The position numbers and the translations under genes were made by a program. Below the pieces are notes generated by a model that saw only the letters and a list, made by a program, of their open reading frames with translations, did not search any database and was not told the DNA's origin. A stretch of DNA of 64,000 nt from Octopus vulgaris (Eukaryota), in NCBI GenBank assembly GCA_951406725.2, contig OX597816.1:32364001-32428000 (forward strand), in the 5' to 3' direction. Shown here piece after piece: positions 26,050-40,254 of the stretch (within the stretch, counting starts at the first letter, position 1; each line of letters opens with the position of its first letter).

Positions 26050-26640
26050 ACTATTTACTCTGTGTTGTTTGTTATGTGTGTTGGCTTTCTGTCGGTTATG
26101 ACAACGAGGGCTACAGTTGTCTTGTGTTCCAGCCTACTATCCAAATTAACGTGCAAGTTGTTGAACACTCTACAGACACGCGTAATTTTAACGTTGTTCT
26201 CCAGGTATCAGTGTGACACAGAATGTGACAAGTCTGTCCCGTTGAATTGTAGGTACAATTCATCTTTGCAAGCTGGGTGATCTGGTTTAACGTGATAGAG
26301 GGAAAGACAAAAAACAAATCAGGTATTCCGTCTGTTACGACAATGAATGTTACTATTGACCGGATCAACGGACAGCTTGCTATTAAATTGACATGCAAGA
26401 GGCTAAGCCCTCTGCAATCATGCGTAACCTTAGCGTAAAACTGAGCGAGACTGAGCGAACCAGAGCGTGATGAGGCTGGCCCTTTTGAATTACAGGTAAA
26501 ACTTAATTTTGCTATCTGAATGGACTAGGGCATCACGAAATAAAGTTTCTTGCTGAAAGACATTACACGTAACCAGCACGCCAGCTCATAACTTTAAGTT
26601 TGTAAGCTGAACACCCTCACTACTAAGCCACGTGCGTTCG
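26050..26640 (-). mobile_element. SINE family C (degenerate tRNA-like head at about 26580-26640; body partly repeated in tandem)
   Basis: Head resembles 29300-29375 and 46070-46160; 26110-26280 is a diverged copy of 26370-26520. Confidence 0.55.
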
Positions 26641-26923
26641 CTGTCTAGTCAACCAAATATGTCTCCAAACATCACCTCCTTCTCGTTGGTATCACTGCCC
26701 TTAAGTATTACGCCACAAGCGAAAAGACAGTTTTGCCCTAGTCCATTCAGATAGCAAAATTAAGCTTTACCTGTAATTCAAAAGGGCCAGCCTCATCACG
26801 CTCTGGTTCGCTCAGTCTCGCTCAGTTTTACGCTGAGGTTACGCATGAATGCAGAGGGCTTAGCCTCTTGCATGTCAATTTAATAGCAAGCTGTCCGTTG
26901 ATCCGGTCAATAGTAACATTCAT
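26343..26923. repeat. 190-bp inverted repeat, 201-bp spacer
   Basis: 26343-26532 versus 26734-26923, 3 mismatches counted. Confidence 0.95.
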
Positions 26924-28114
26924 GCCTGTTACTCCGCGACGAACGTATCGCAATATTCTAAAGAAGCCACTTTGTGATCAATTAGCTCTTACATTTTGGG
27001 TGGTTCAGAACTTCTAAAGTTTTGCATTGTTCATAATTTATATACGAATTATAACAGGTAAGCTTTTCTTAAATTTTATCAACACATTGACTTCTCACGG
27101 TCGCAAAATCCTTTACGTCGTTAACGTCGTAACAATGTTCACCCATGTTAACCAACTGTATCCCACAAAACAATAGACATATAAATATTAAAGCTAAACA
27201 GAGACAGTGTTTATCTCACTATTTTGTGAATTATGTCTCTAACACTGCTCTTCATTCTCCCCTCTTCAATAAACTTCAATTTTTATTGCAAATATATTTC
27301 AAATTATGTAAAGTAATTATATCCACATGTCTAACATACTGTCAGTTTCTGATAACCAATACTATCAATTTTATAGTTATTCAATAAATGTTTTGTCGTA
27401 ATTGGAGAATTTTTTTTCTCTGTTTTAAGTGCGATTTTTCTTAGTCTGACTTCACCTTTCATTTTGCACTCACTATAAAATTCGATCGACCATAAAATTT
27501 TTAAACTTTTACCGTTGGAACATATTATTGAAATACCGATCACTTTTGTTAAAGCAACCCAGAGTTTATTGTGGTTAACGCTCACTTTCAAAGAATAACA
27601 ACGTTGATATATAATGCGTTTTCATCTTTGTTGGAAATAAGACCAATGCAGGCATTTATAGTCCATAAGTATATTTCTTTTTAAATTTCCAATAATTGCA
27701 TTAATACGACTAGAATTTGAAAGTATTATGAAATTTTAAAACTTGAAAGCTTCAAGTATTTATATGTGTCACATATATTCCAAAGTTTTAAACGGAATTC
27801 CTTATGACAGAGAAACCTATTATACAATCTCCGTTCGGTTATGAAAATGAAAAAAACACGCAAGAAATCTCTCAAAAATGTTATCCTATGTTATTCAAAA
27901 CGTTTATGTGTGCCATGATAGAGGAGAACCTAGGATATTATTTTTAAATCTACGACCTGCTCTATCATGGCTGAATTTGCAATCAACCAAAACGGTAACA
28001 TGTGGAACTCTTGTTAAAGATGATTTTCCTTATCATTAATAGTACAGCTTGTCCACATACAAAGCTTGTAGCGTGTTTAAAGATATTACTAAACTATATT
28101 AACATTAATGGACC

Positions 28115-28267
28115 ATATTTACCGGTTTGGATCGTTTAGTTTTCCCGGTATTCATTATTTGTTCTCATTACCCGGTCTCATGTAGTAGGTTATACGATAT
28201 TTACCTGTTTGGAATATTTAGTTTTACCTGTTTCCTTCCTTTTTATTCATTATCCTGTCTCATGTAG
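28115..28267. repeat. Diverged ~82-bp tandem duplication
   Basis: atatttacc.gtttgga...tttagtttt.cc.gt...tcatta.c.gtctcatgtag occurs twice (28115, 28197). Confidence 0.75.
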
Positions 28268-29199
28268 GTAAAGATTTCTACTGGACTAGATTTATCAAAA
28301 GGTATCTAAAATGACTTGAAAATTGTAGGGATGTCACATTTCTCACATAATTTTACATTTCAAGTAGACGTGTTTTCTTTTTTTCCTAACAAAAATGAAT
28401 GTCCAAGCAAAAGCTATTTTATTACATATTGGAAATAAACCAAGGATTTTTTTTCAAAACTCGGGAATCGATTATTTTCTCCATCAGGATAGAAGTAACG
28501 CATCAACATAATTCCCCACCCTTCATAATTCCCGCCTTTATCCTGGGATAAAACGCACTTCATACTCTGCACCAACTTTAGGATTTACGGAATTCGTATA
28601 TGCCTGGCGGAAAATCATATAGAAAAGCACAGCCTTTATTAGAACGTATAGCATATAAGAGAGATTTGCATGCTATGTCCTGCAAATGGAACTTTCAGGT
28701 ATCTATCTTGTTGACAAATGACAAATATGCACCAATATACATGCCGATCATGCTGATACGCCACATTTCTGTTTCCTCTGGAACCGGTTCCTATAACGCC
28801 GCAACATGAACGTTAAATGTAATATAATCACATGCGGTGTGCGTATGCTAAAATATATAAATTTGTTAATTGAAATATAACTTTATACTGATAGAGGGTA
28901 TAATATTTCTATACGAACTAGTTATAACATGGCAGACATACGAGTACCACTTTAATATTTGTGATATATGTAACTGTTGTTTTGCAGTTTGTTTAAGCTG
29001 TGCTCGATCACTTCGATGAATGAATGCTTTCAAGTGTGATCAAACATGTTATTTCCAGTAGATTCTCAGCGACTATAAAATATCTAGATAAAGGTGAAGA
29101 TAAAGAGTCTGGGCAAGGTTGTTTATGGAAAACCAGATGTCGCTCATGGATATCGGCTTTCCCTCTCCACACCACCGATGTTATCCATGCTAAAGACAC

Positions 29200-29375
29200 C
29201 GGCTGACACAGATTGCCACCGGTGATGTTGTGACACATTTTCACAGGTAGGTAAACTGGAGCAACGTCATATAAAGTGGGTTGCTCAAGATAGCAACATA
29301 TAGTCCGGCTTGGAAATCAAACTCAGTATCTTATAATTGCGAGTCCGTCGCTGTAACTACTGAACCAAGCGCCAT
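29200..29375 (-). mobile_element. SINE family C fragment with tRNA-derived head
   Basis: Minus strand ggcgcttggttcagtagttacagcgacggactcgcaa...gagtttgatttcc (A- and B-box-like). Confidence 0.65.
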
Positions 29376-29599
29376 TGCATTGTTATCTATATCTTAACAA
29401 TATGTGAAGAAACAATACCTGTCGTTAATATATATTCTAACAGTTTTGAATGTACAATGAAACAGATATATAAATAACAATCCAGATTTATTTGCAGTTG
29501 AGAATAATGATAAAAAGACAAAACAACTCAATTTGAGTGGACTTGGTAAACAGGAGGTGAAAAGAACCCGTCGTATATATATGCATATCTGTGAACGTG

Positions 29600-29810
29600 T
29601 TTTGTGTGTATTTTTGTGTGTGTTTTTGTACATGTATATTTTTTGCGTTTGTGTCTATCAATCACAACCACTTGACAAAATATGTTGGTGTGTTTACGAT
29701 CCCCGTTAATTAATTTTAAATTTTAAGTGCCAGTTGGAACAATTCGTTGACTAATACAATCACTGTTAAAGGCAATCCGAGTCTTATGACTGAAACGATT
29801 AAAACGACTC
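29600..29810 (+). mobile_element. Degenerate SINE family B fragment
   Basis: cttgacaaaatatgttggtgtgtttacgatccccgt...atgactgaaac is the reverse complement of the family B body. Confidence 0.55.
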
Positions 29811-31266
29811 GCAAAGAATAACATGTGGTTAAACGATCTTCATCTGTTGGAATTATCGTATAACTGATGCTTTTATTTAGTAACATTAGTTTTCATATAC
29901 GAAGTATTATATTAAGAATGTAAACGCAAAAGTAATTTATTTGTAGACTTAACTCTTAAATCACGGAAAATTAGCTTGATATATCACACTCAAAGCCAAC
30001 TAACTGAGAAACTTTGAAGTTTCATTTAGTTTTCCGGATTTATTTTTATACTATTAGGCACAGACACAACCCACAATGTTTTATTTCCCTACGATTCCGA
30101 ATCTGTTGTCCCAAGAAAACAAATATTGTGAAATAACACTGGAAATATTTGCAGAAAACTTCCTCCTGACTTCGATCTGAGCACAATCATAGAAATATAT
30201 ATAGAGTAAACAATGCAAAAATAAGAGAGAAGATGGTCCAAAATCAATAAAGTTCCACTGTGGGAAAACAATTTTTGCTGTTAATAATGATATCTTATCA
30301 AGACTACAACTGAACATTTTTGTGATATGATATTTTCAGCAATTTTACAGAAATTATGAGAAAAATGCGATCCCTGAATTTTGTGCTTGATAACGGATAT
30401 GCATTCACTCATCATCTTTTTACTAGATCTCTCTGGCTCAGAAGATCTGTTATATTAATCTTTAGAGATACTCCACGGCCGACTCAAGTAGTGTCATTAT
30501 ATTCACTGAAATGTTCTGTGGTTTGCATAACACTCTTCAGAAACAGTGCTTCTCTGTCGAGAATGATGTGTCATCGGTTTTCTTAATTACCACAATTAAG
30601 GTGATTTCAGAGTAATATCATCTCAACGTGATCAGTGATTCAAGATATGTGTCAGACATAACTGAATATTTCGATAACCTTGAAGTCATGTGTGCCAAAA
30701 TAGGAATAAACCTTTCAAAGCGAACTGAAATGGAAGTAATTTTGAGAATTAACTCGGTAGAAGGAATATAAAACGTTTGAGGTTAAAAGGCATCATTCTA
30801 GAGTTAGGTAAAAGCATTCTTCATATCAAATTGTCCCTGCAACAAATAGAGCCGAGTAGTATGATACATTGCATATTGAAATAATTCCACTTTGGTTTCA
30901 TCCTAAAATGCACTACTCCATATTGTAGAATGAGGGAAATTTAAATGAATAAATGTGACACTTATTCCTATGTGTATTCTCGTCATGTCTGAAATTTTGG
31001 AGCGATGAACCCAGAGGAACTGAAGAAATGTCAGATTTAACCGCTTCTTGTAATCCCAGATATTCTTCAATGTTGCCACGTATTTGACATGTTCCAAAAG
31101 AAAAGTGACAGGATTTGTGTGACCTGCTTGTGAATTTTGAATGCAAAACAATTTAAGCGTGTTTGACTAATATGTAATTTTGTAGATAAATGTAGTTTCG
31201 TGGAATTTCTCAAGTATAGTAAGATAAAAAATAAGCAACGGAATCGTTGCATTAGCTAGGTGAGAG

Positions 31267-31460
31267 GTGGTCATGCTGGAGCACCGCCTTTAGTCGAGCA
31301 ACTCGACCCCATGACTTTTTAGTTGTAAGCCTATTACTTATTATATCGGTCTCTTTTGTCGAACTGCTAGGTTACGGGGACGTAAACACACCAGCATCGG
31401 TTGTCAAACGATATTGGAGGGACAAACACAGGCTTTCATTTTACATCTACCAAGTTTACA
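31267..31460 (-). mobile_element. SINE family B internal fragment
   Basis: Near-identical to 34115-34281. Confidence 0.9.
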
Positions 31461-32299
31461 GGGAGTTACACTTAGTCAAAAGTACACCCTTCACAATGTT
31501 AATAGCATTACAAATCAGACCACTCAACATTTCAGTTGTGAACGAATGCGTACCATGAACGCGAGCATCTCTGCAGTCGTTACAGTGAACATGCATTATA
31601 TATTTGCAGGCTAAGCAAGCATATTAGTTCATTTATGAGGACAAGTTCTAGAGACACAGAGGTTCTTAAAATATATGTGTACATATATACGAGTGAGTAA
31701 ACGAACAACAGATGAATACTCAACGCATTCATTGGAAGTTACATGTATAGATCAAAACGGTTCGATTCTGATTCTTAGGTACTCTGACTTTCAAGCGCAT
31801 GGCAAATTCTCGGCCAGTTGAGTCTGAATGAGAAGTTGATTGAGAAAGTCAAAGTTTATTACTGGACGTTACTCAACGTATGGTTGCGAAAGATCACGCA
31901 GCATTGATGTCTGTATTTGAGCGACAGAGGCTAGATGGAAAATACCGCATGGTGAACAAGAAATCGACCACGTGGTTGACAATATATCGGTCGTGTGGTT
32001 GGCGACTTGTAGGAAGGTTTGTATATGTATATACCCGTATATTTGAGTGTGCTTAGTTGTAAATTGACACATCCGTGCGCACACATATACACACACACAT
32101 AAACACACAGGAAGGCACACATGCACACACGAGCGCGCCCATATATGCACACAGAATCTCACACATACGCACACAGACACTTACACTCGTGCATAACTTT
32201 ATCTCCAAATACATATGCCCGCACAAACCCACATCACTGCGCATACATACAATGTGCAGATGCCTTGGCGCACTCACACATGTGCGCGCGCATTGAGAA

Positions 32300-33010
32300 G
32301 TGCTCAGTATTGGTGATTTGTGATCATGTTCATGGGGCTTTATTTGTAAGAGTGACCTTGTCGTAGGTGGTGCTAGGGGTTGCTGGTACTAAGGGGGTAT
32401 TTCCTGCTTGCCGGTGGCCATGGCTTGAAATTTACGAGAAGGGTTTAATTTTGGTGGGAGCAATGCGGTACATTAAATTTACTGCAGAATGGTACATGAT
32501 ATGTAGTTTTTCTCGGAGGCACAGCTGCTAATTTTTGGCGCTGGGAGAATACGGTGGCCCCCTATCAATATTAGTTCACTAGGTGTTTCGTCTCAGAGTT
32601 CACAAATCACCAGAGAAGGCGTGACAGGATAGTGGAGCCTTCTCTCACCCTGGAGATAAATGAAAGCGTGTGTTGGGACTGTTTTCCTTTGAAGTCATTG
32701 GTTGTCATACTCGTGTACTGCCTAGCATTGCCATCGGATGGATTTAGGCTGTCTCTGAATTATACAACCCTTGGGAGGCAGGAACCTCCTTGTGTGCAGG
32801 TGGTAGGATTTCGGAGGCTATAGCCCGGGGTTGGTGATTGTGGGTGTGCGTTTTTAACTCGGGTGAAGCGTGCGATGTTAGATGCGACGGTGCCCAATCA
32901 GGAATTCCTTAACTTGATTTTATGGGGGTTGAAGTGTTTGTAATCCTTATACCGTTTCTTCATTCGGCCATTATTTACCATTATTTACAGGCCGAGCACT
33001 TTGAATTTTG
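32300..33010 (-). mobile_element. Decayed PLE GIY-YIG C-terminal region
   Basis: Minus strand: GGSCLPRVV*...QYTSMTTNDFKGKQSQHTLSF and YSP...QLCLREKLHIMYH..NL, resembling the CL..xVVY...YIGxTxxxFKxR..H and CxLCxxEK motifs of PLE endonucleases. Confidence 0.65.
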
Positions 33011-34069
33011 TTTTGGTGGGGTTTTTATGTATGAATGTATATACACGTGCGTATATACACAAACACTCACACACACACATATATATATATTGTATATATA
33101 TGTGCATGTATATATCTATATCTATCTACGTATCTAACTATATACATCTGTGTGTGAGGGTGTTTGCAAGTGTGTGGTGTGTGTGGGTGCGTGTGTGTAT
33201 ACATGTATATATATATACGTACCTGCATATATACAAACAAACATACCTGTGTTAAGGAATGCTGAAGTAGGTCTTTGCAATTATTTCTCACTCTCGTTGT
33301 TTTATCACACGTCGGCCGCTATTAATTTGCCAAACGATCAAGGTGTTCATTTTGGAGTTTGGATTTATGAATATTTCATGTGCCACAACATTATTAAGTA
33401 AGCCTTCTAAAGTAAATTTGATAGCCGCTTCATTTGTGCTGCCTTCCCACGGAAATTCTTACACATCTTAAAAAAGTTTTTCGTTGAATCGATGGAACAG
33501 TTTCTCGACTATATCTTCGTGTTTCTAAATTTAGTCCACAGGTTTTGGCTTACACAAAACATATTGGCTGCATATATACTACAAAAGAATATATAAAATA
33601 TCAGTTAAATAGTGGGATTGACAAGATATTAAAGAAGTATCTTGTATGTAGTTTATAAGATTAACTAAAGGACCATAGATTAATATTAGCTACGGATTCA
33701 AACCCACAAATTCTATTGCGCAATACGCTCTATCATTTCAAATTATAACGCTTTCTTTTCTTAATTATCTTTATTTTGTAACAAGATCTGTTTACAATAT
33801 CATTATGTTCTGTATTTTAAGGCAGCAGATAGGTATTTATTCTATTATTGTCTTAGACATTGTATAGAAATATCTCCACTGGTGCGATTATAAATTCAAA
33901 TGTAAACATCATCTACCTACATCTAATTAACTGACATCAGTGACGCTCCATATATGAACACGTAAACATTTGTAGGTTACATATAATATATGCAATGGTA
34001 AATCTAATAAGCAAATCAACGAGCTTCATGGAATGGATGACACAATAAGCCGTAGCATGTATGTACTCT

Positions 34070-34470
34070 CTTTTTAATCTTTTTTACTTTTTTACTTGTT
34101 TCAGTCATTTGACTGTGGTCATGCTGGAGCACCGCCTTTAGTCGAGCAACTCGACCCCATGACTTTTTATTTGTAAGCCTATTACTTATTATATCGGTCT
34201 CTTTTGTCGAACTGCTATGTTACTGGGACGTAAACACACCAACATCGGTTGTCAAACGATATTGGAGGGAAAAACACAGGCACGCAAGCATATATATATA
34301 TATGCATATATACATATATACGACATGATTCTTTCATTGTACATCTACCAAATCCACTCACAAGGTTTTAGTCGGCCCGAGGCTATGGTAGAAGACACTT
34401 GCCCAAGGTGCCACGCAGTGGGAATGAACACAGGTTGGTATGTGAGCTCCTTACCACACAGCCACTCCTA
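34070..34470 (-). mobile_element. SINE family B, near full length
   Basis: Minus strand begins aggagtggctgtgtggtaagg (A-box-like), carries an internal (TA) tract and ends in an A-rich tail. Confidence 0.9.
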
Positions 34471-34991
34471 CGTATATATATATATAAATCTTATGTATTA
34501 TTTTTTTTTGTTCAGGCGGGGCTTGGTTATATTTGGGAGATATATTTGGGAGGCTTTTGATTTCAAATTGTTGTTGCAGTAAATATTAGTCTTTTGAGAA
34601 AGACATTATATGACATAGTTCCTTTTACCATTTAGTTCTGACTTTATGAATGCCATGAGCACGTGACTCAATATTTGTTACACAGTTCAGTCATGATAAA
34701 AAAAAAAAACAATTCATGAAGTCACGCATGACGACGACAAATATTTTCAAATTTCAACACCTTATAGATGAAGTAATCGCTTAGATAATACATAACAATG
34801 TTTCAAGTCATTGAGTGGAGTTCGCGAAGAGTAACGAATTAAAGACAGTTAGTGGAATGTATCAACCCTACTAAAAATATTTTAAAACCTGGTCTGGCAA
34901 TTAATCTATCAAACACATCGACACACTTGCATGTACGCAAGTACATTCATATGCACGCGCATACACACATATATAAAACTGTGTGTCTATA

Positions 34992-35047
<56 letters not shown>

Positions 35048-35056
35048 TTTATATAC

Positions 35057-35467
35057 ATTGTTTATTGCCCACAAGGGGCTGAGCATCGAGGAGACAAACA
35101 AGGACAGACAAAGGGATTAAGTCGATTACATCGACCTCAGTGTGAAACTGGTATTTTATTTCTCGACCACGAAACGATGAAAGGCAAGGTCGACCTCGGC
35201 GGAATTTGAACTCGGAACGTAGCAGCAGAAGAAATACCTATTGCTTTACTGCCCACAAGTGGCTACAACTCAGAGAGACAAACAATGACAAACGGATTAA
35301 ATCTATTATATCGACCCCAGTGCATAGGTGGTACTTATTTAATCGACCCCGAAAGGATGAAAGGCAAATTCGCCCTCGGCGGAATTTGAACTCAGGACGT
35401 AACGGCAGATGAAATACTGCTGAGCATTTCGCCCGGCGTTCTAACGTGGTCTGCCAGCTCTCCGCCT
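35057..35467 (-). mobile_element. SINE family A dimer with TSD
   Basis: Full unit plus a 5'-truncated unit; tatatatgcat(t/c)tatata repeated on both flanks. Confidence 0.9.
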
Positions 35468-35479
35468 TATATATATGCA

Positions 35480-36122
35480 TCTATATAATAATCTTCTCGT
35501 TCGTTCACCCTTTATACATTAGTTCGAGAGGTGGCGGAGTATTGAGTGAAAGGGGGAGTAAAAGAGTGTGAGTAGATTATAAAGTGAGGAAGAAGTAGAT
35601 AGAGGTATAATAAGGTCAACTGCATCACGTGATTAATTGAAGGGGGAAGAGAAGAGCGAGAGAAGACGATAGTAAAGGAAAAGCGAGAGAGAGAAGGGTT
35701 AACGACGTGCTATAGAGGGGAAAGGGAAAGGTGAAGAGAAATAGACGTGTTTATGATAAAATATTCAGCTGCGTGTAATGTTCTCATGGTGAGTTGAATG
35801 ACATTCAGATTAGGAGACTTGGGCAGCGGATGAGTTATATCAATAGAGAGATAGATAAAGTTAGTGGAAGTGAGAAGTTAACAGAAGAAAGAAATGTTAG
35901 ACATGAAAACAAGAATTGCATACTTAGAAAAAAAGTTCTTCTAGGGTAGAGAGAATGAAGGAAATACAAAGAGCTTGGAAGGACATTTTCAAATGTAATA
36001 TATTATTGTATCTGGAAGTGAAATACTTACCAAAATAAAAATAAAAATGCAAAACATAATTTCTGTGTTAAATAGCTTCTTAACACTTTTTCGTTCTTTC
36101 CAATTTTCACGGCTCTCACTAG
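35480..36122 (+). mobile_element. Candidate non-autonomous Helitron
   Basis: A|TCTATATAATAA start and CTAG|T end (36119-36122); the subterminal hairpin is only partial (cacgg). Confidence 0.4.
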
Positions 36123-36127
36123 TATAT

Positions 36128-36160
36128 ATTCTTCTTCTTCTTCTTCTTCTTCTTCTTCTT

Positions 36161-36259
<99 letters not shown>

Positions 36260-36260
36260 A

Positions 36261-36335
<75 letters not shown>

Positions 36336-36447
36336 CTTTTTTTTTCTTCTTTCAAATTTGCTTCCATTTCTTGCCGAGTGTCTTCCCAACTTCTAGGGCA
36401 AAGAAACTCATAGTATATACATTGGTAGGCCATTAAACTAAACTCAA

Positions 36448-36529
<82 letters not shown>

Positions 36530-36600
36530 ACCATCATCATCATCATTATTATTATTGTTGTTGTTGTTGTTGTTGTTTTTGTTGCTGTTGTTATTATTAT
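36128..36600. repeat. Compound CTT/ATT/GTT microsatellites interrupted by a ~100-bp unique insert
   Basis: Read directly; insert at about 36345-36447. Confidence 0.95.
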
Positions 36601-37400
36601 TCAGTAAACATATTTCAATCACGTGATTATTTTAATCCCGAGAGATAGCTTCGCGTGACTTGGTATATGCTGTGTTTTGCTGTGATGCTCTTATTTTCAC
36701 TGTATTGCATGTGCTCGATGTAGATTGTTAGCGAATCCTAGTAGTACTATTTTGGGTTTGTAATATATATTTGTAATTCCTAGTGTTTTGATAATATATA
36801 TTTGTTTGCATGGATTTTTTTATTATACCTAAGAGATTTCCTATTATAGGGATTTTATGTATTTTTAGGCTCTACATTCGGGTTTGCACTATTTCCAGAA
36901 CTTTGTATTTTGAGAAATTTTCCGATTATTTTGTGATTTATTTTATCGTTTATTGGAAATGATATATCAATTAAAAGACATTCTTTTTTCTTTATGATCC
37001 CTGAAAACTATATTCGGTTTAACAGCCTTTATCTATGTGCATTGGCATATCTCTATCTGTGTACATTGGCATACCCAAATTATAACTGAATTATTTTCTG
37101 AGATATTTAAGGTGTGCTTATAACATCTTTTTTATTCTAATGTTATTCCATTGTGTTGGTATTACCTGCAGTCTATTTAAATACCGAGTCTGACATGTCT
37201 GTGATAATTTCAGACATACTTATACCACATCACTCATTATACCTCGGCATTCCTGGAGTGCGTGCATTGCTGTGTGTTCTGATTTGCTTTTAGGACAGTT
37301 GTATTGCATCATTGTTTTGAGGTGCGGTTTCGTTTTGGTCTTGTAATATGTTAGTGGGTATATTGTGTGTTGAGTGTGTCTAACGAAAATTGAGTTCTTG
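36600..37400 (-). mobile_element. R4/Dong-like LINE 3' fragment (restriction-like endonuclease)
   Basis: Minus strand W.MPMYTDR...KPNIVFRDHKEK..LIDISFP (RLE PD..D motif); the 3' end runs into (TAA)n. Confidence 0.7.
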
Positions 37401-37739
37401 TGTAGGCTATCCGATGTTGAGAATAAATGTTCTAGAGTTTGTTTATTTTATTACACATTTACTATTGAGAGCGAACCTTATGTTTGTGGAAGTTTTCAAT
37501 TCGGTTGTACTGTTAAACTGGCAGTTTTGTTTTGTGTGGGCTGTTCATAGCAAGGTTGGTTTTCAGATTTTTTTTTTATCAAGTTATGGCTTCTACGTTT
37601 TTATGTATCCTTATTTTTTCATAACCATTGTTCTAATTATTACTGGCATTTTTTTTTATCTACATACTTCACGCAAATACTTCACTTTGAAATGTCCATA
37701 GCTTGATAATTTCACCACTATTTTTTTGCACAAAGTTTT

Positions 37740-38000
37740 GCTCAGAAGGGACTGTAATATCGATCAGGAAGCAGGTTCTTTACTGAATCCTCGATAACAA
37801 TGTCTGAGATAATAACTTCAATGTCTATGTCAGTGTGAACAGGCATATCCCAGACGATCGTGGTTTGGACGGTGTCGTTTAAATGGTTTGGCACATGTTT
37901 ATAGCAATTTTCTAGTATTGCCATATAGTCCAATAGGTAAAACTACATTTCCGGTGATACCTATATAAATATTCAGATAGGACAAAGACTGGACACGAAT
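37740..38000 (-). mobile_element. Second R4/Dong-like RLE fragment
   Basis: ORF 37742..37933 YKHVP...TIVWDMPVHTDIDIEVIISDIVIED. Confidence 0.7.
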
Positions 38001-39839
38001 ATGATGTGAACAAATGATACATTTTCTCAGATACAGACTCAGCATCTGGCGTTAGGGCGTTGTTGCTGTTGATGTTTTAGTTGTTATTATTGTTGTTCTT
38101 GTTACTGTTATTACTATTATTATTATTATTGTTGTTGTGTTTGTTGTTGTGTTTGTTGTTGTTGTATTTGCACAGCTTCTTACGCTGGAGATGTACTAGG
38201 GTGTCAGATATTTAGTATCAGTGAACTAAATGTAACAATCCTCTCATTTCAAGCATCATCCTAGGTATTCGATTACAAAATCCATCTGAAAATCATAGTC
38301 CCAGAGCATCGTTACTTATCCATATTCTGCATAATATTACTTGGTGCATGATCATGCTCGTTCTCTGTTACTTTATATTGGTATTTACGGTATAAGAAAC
38401 AATGAAGATATGCACACATCTTATAGGAGCGGCATTTGTATCCCCTTTGTGCAAGGCTCTCACATCAACTTTCCAATTGGGTCACATTTTCCGTACTCCT
38501 TCGATAATTTCTGTATTTCTGGATGTCAGACGTTTTATAGATGTTATGCTGACATCTTTAGGAAAGGAAGCATTAATTAAAGGTGTTACGACTATAAATA
38601 TGTTTCATTGAACTAATTTTTTCCAAATAACATTTCAAAACAAAAGAAGGAAAATAATATTCCAACATTCAAACTGTCCGTAAATGTATAAATATATCTG
38701 TAGGTCACTCAAATAAATCAATATAAATTTTGTATGATCAATATCAGTGATGATGAATAAAATTGCATTCGGACCAGTAATATCCTTAGACGATATAATT
38801 AATATCGTGCAAATTACGTTTTCTTTTACATTTTAAATATATTTATAACCTTTCATGTGTAATATTATCCTAAGATTTAAATACCTGAAAGCTTATACTG
38901 TATATGCAGAAGCATTCTATTGTTATTCATAGATTGCATGATGTATTCTAATAATTTGTTGTTTCTGGAATATTTCTGCCATTATTCAAGAAAATATTAT
39001 TGAAGAAAATATTATCACTTCAGAATTATTTCTAATCTCATATTTGAAGTTTTAAACATTCAGTATACTACCACAAATGAAAAAATATATATTTGCAAGT
39101 GGATATCATCTCAGGTAATTTCTGTTGCTGGTGTTTTATTTTTTAATATCTGCCTAAAGTATCGCTGTCCAGTCAGTAGTCATTGAGATATTTATCAACT
39201 TGTTAGCAAGTATGTGGATCACATCTTCTGGATTTCCAACTACATATACGTTCTACAAGAATCACAATTATTCTAGCATCTTCGATTTGGTCATAGACAT
39301 AGTATGCTTAAGGGAGTATCAAATTCTTAAAAAACCCGTCTTTCAGTGGACTTTCTCCGCAACTAACCTTACTTCCACTAAGGTGTAGATTATAATAGAT
39401 ACACTTTTGAAGTTTTCTTTTGAGATACTTTTCTCCACGTTCATTTTTATGGACAGAATATGTTAAAGTATATATTCGAACCCAAGAAAAATATCTTCTA
39501 TCAGAGACGTTCAAGCCATAAACATTTTGCTATGATTGTGTTTCAATGTGTTTTCCGGTTTGTTTGATTGTCATTCCAAATAAATTAATCGGATGATATT
39601 CGCATTCGGTTGAATTTTACATTTTTTGTCAGAATCCTGAATTTTCATGTTGGAGGCTTATAATGTTAAAGAAACACGGGGATAGATCTCAGCAAGTGTA
39701 ATTTTTCTTTCTTAAACAAAATGTAAAGCTCAAAATGAGACATGAAACAATGTCTTATTTTAACATTTACAAAATTATAATGGCAGAACACCATTGTGTT
39801 GAAAACTTCAGCAGTGACTATTGTCTTCCATATATATAT

Positions 39840-40254
39840 GCGGCGAACTGGCAGAAACGTTAGCGCGCCGGGCCGAATGTTCAACAGTATTTCGTCTGTC
39901 GCTACGTTCTGAGTTCAAATTCCGCCGAGGACGACTGTGCCTTTCATCCTTTCGGGGTCGATATAAATAAGTACCAGATACACACTGGGGTCGATACAAT
40001 CAACTTAATCCGTTTATCTGTCCTTGTTTGTCGCTTCTGTGTTTAGCCCCTTGTGGGTAGTAAAGAAATAAGTATTTCGTCTGTCGTTACGTTCTGAGTC
40101 CAACTTCTGCCGAGGTCGACTTTGCCTTTCATCCTTTCGGGGTCGAAAAATAAAGTACCCTTTTCGCACTGTGGTCGATGTAATCGACTTAATATCTTTG
40201 TCTGTCCTTGTTTGTCCCCTCTATGTCTAGCCCCTTGTGAGTAGTAAAGAAATA
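39840..40254 (+). mobile_element. SINE family A dimer with 15-bp TSD
   Basis: TSD TATTGTCTTCCATAT at 39819-39833 and 40255-40269; second unit starts at gtatttcgtc (about 40072). Confidence 0.93.
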
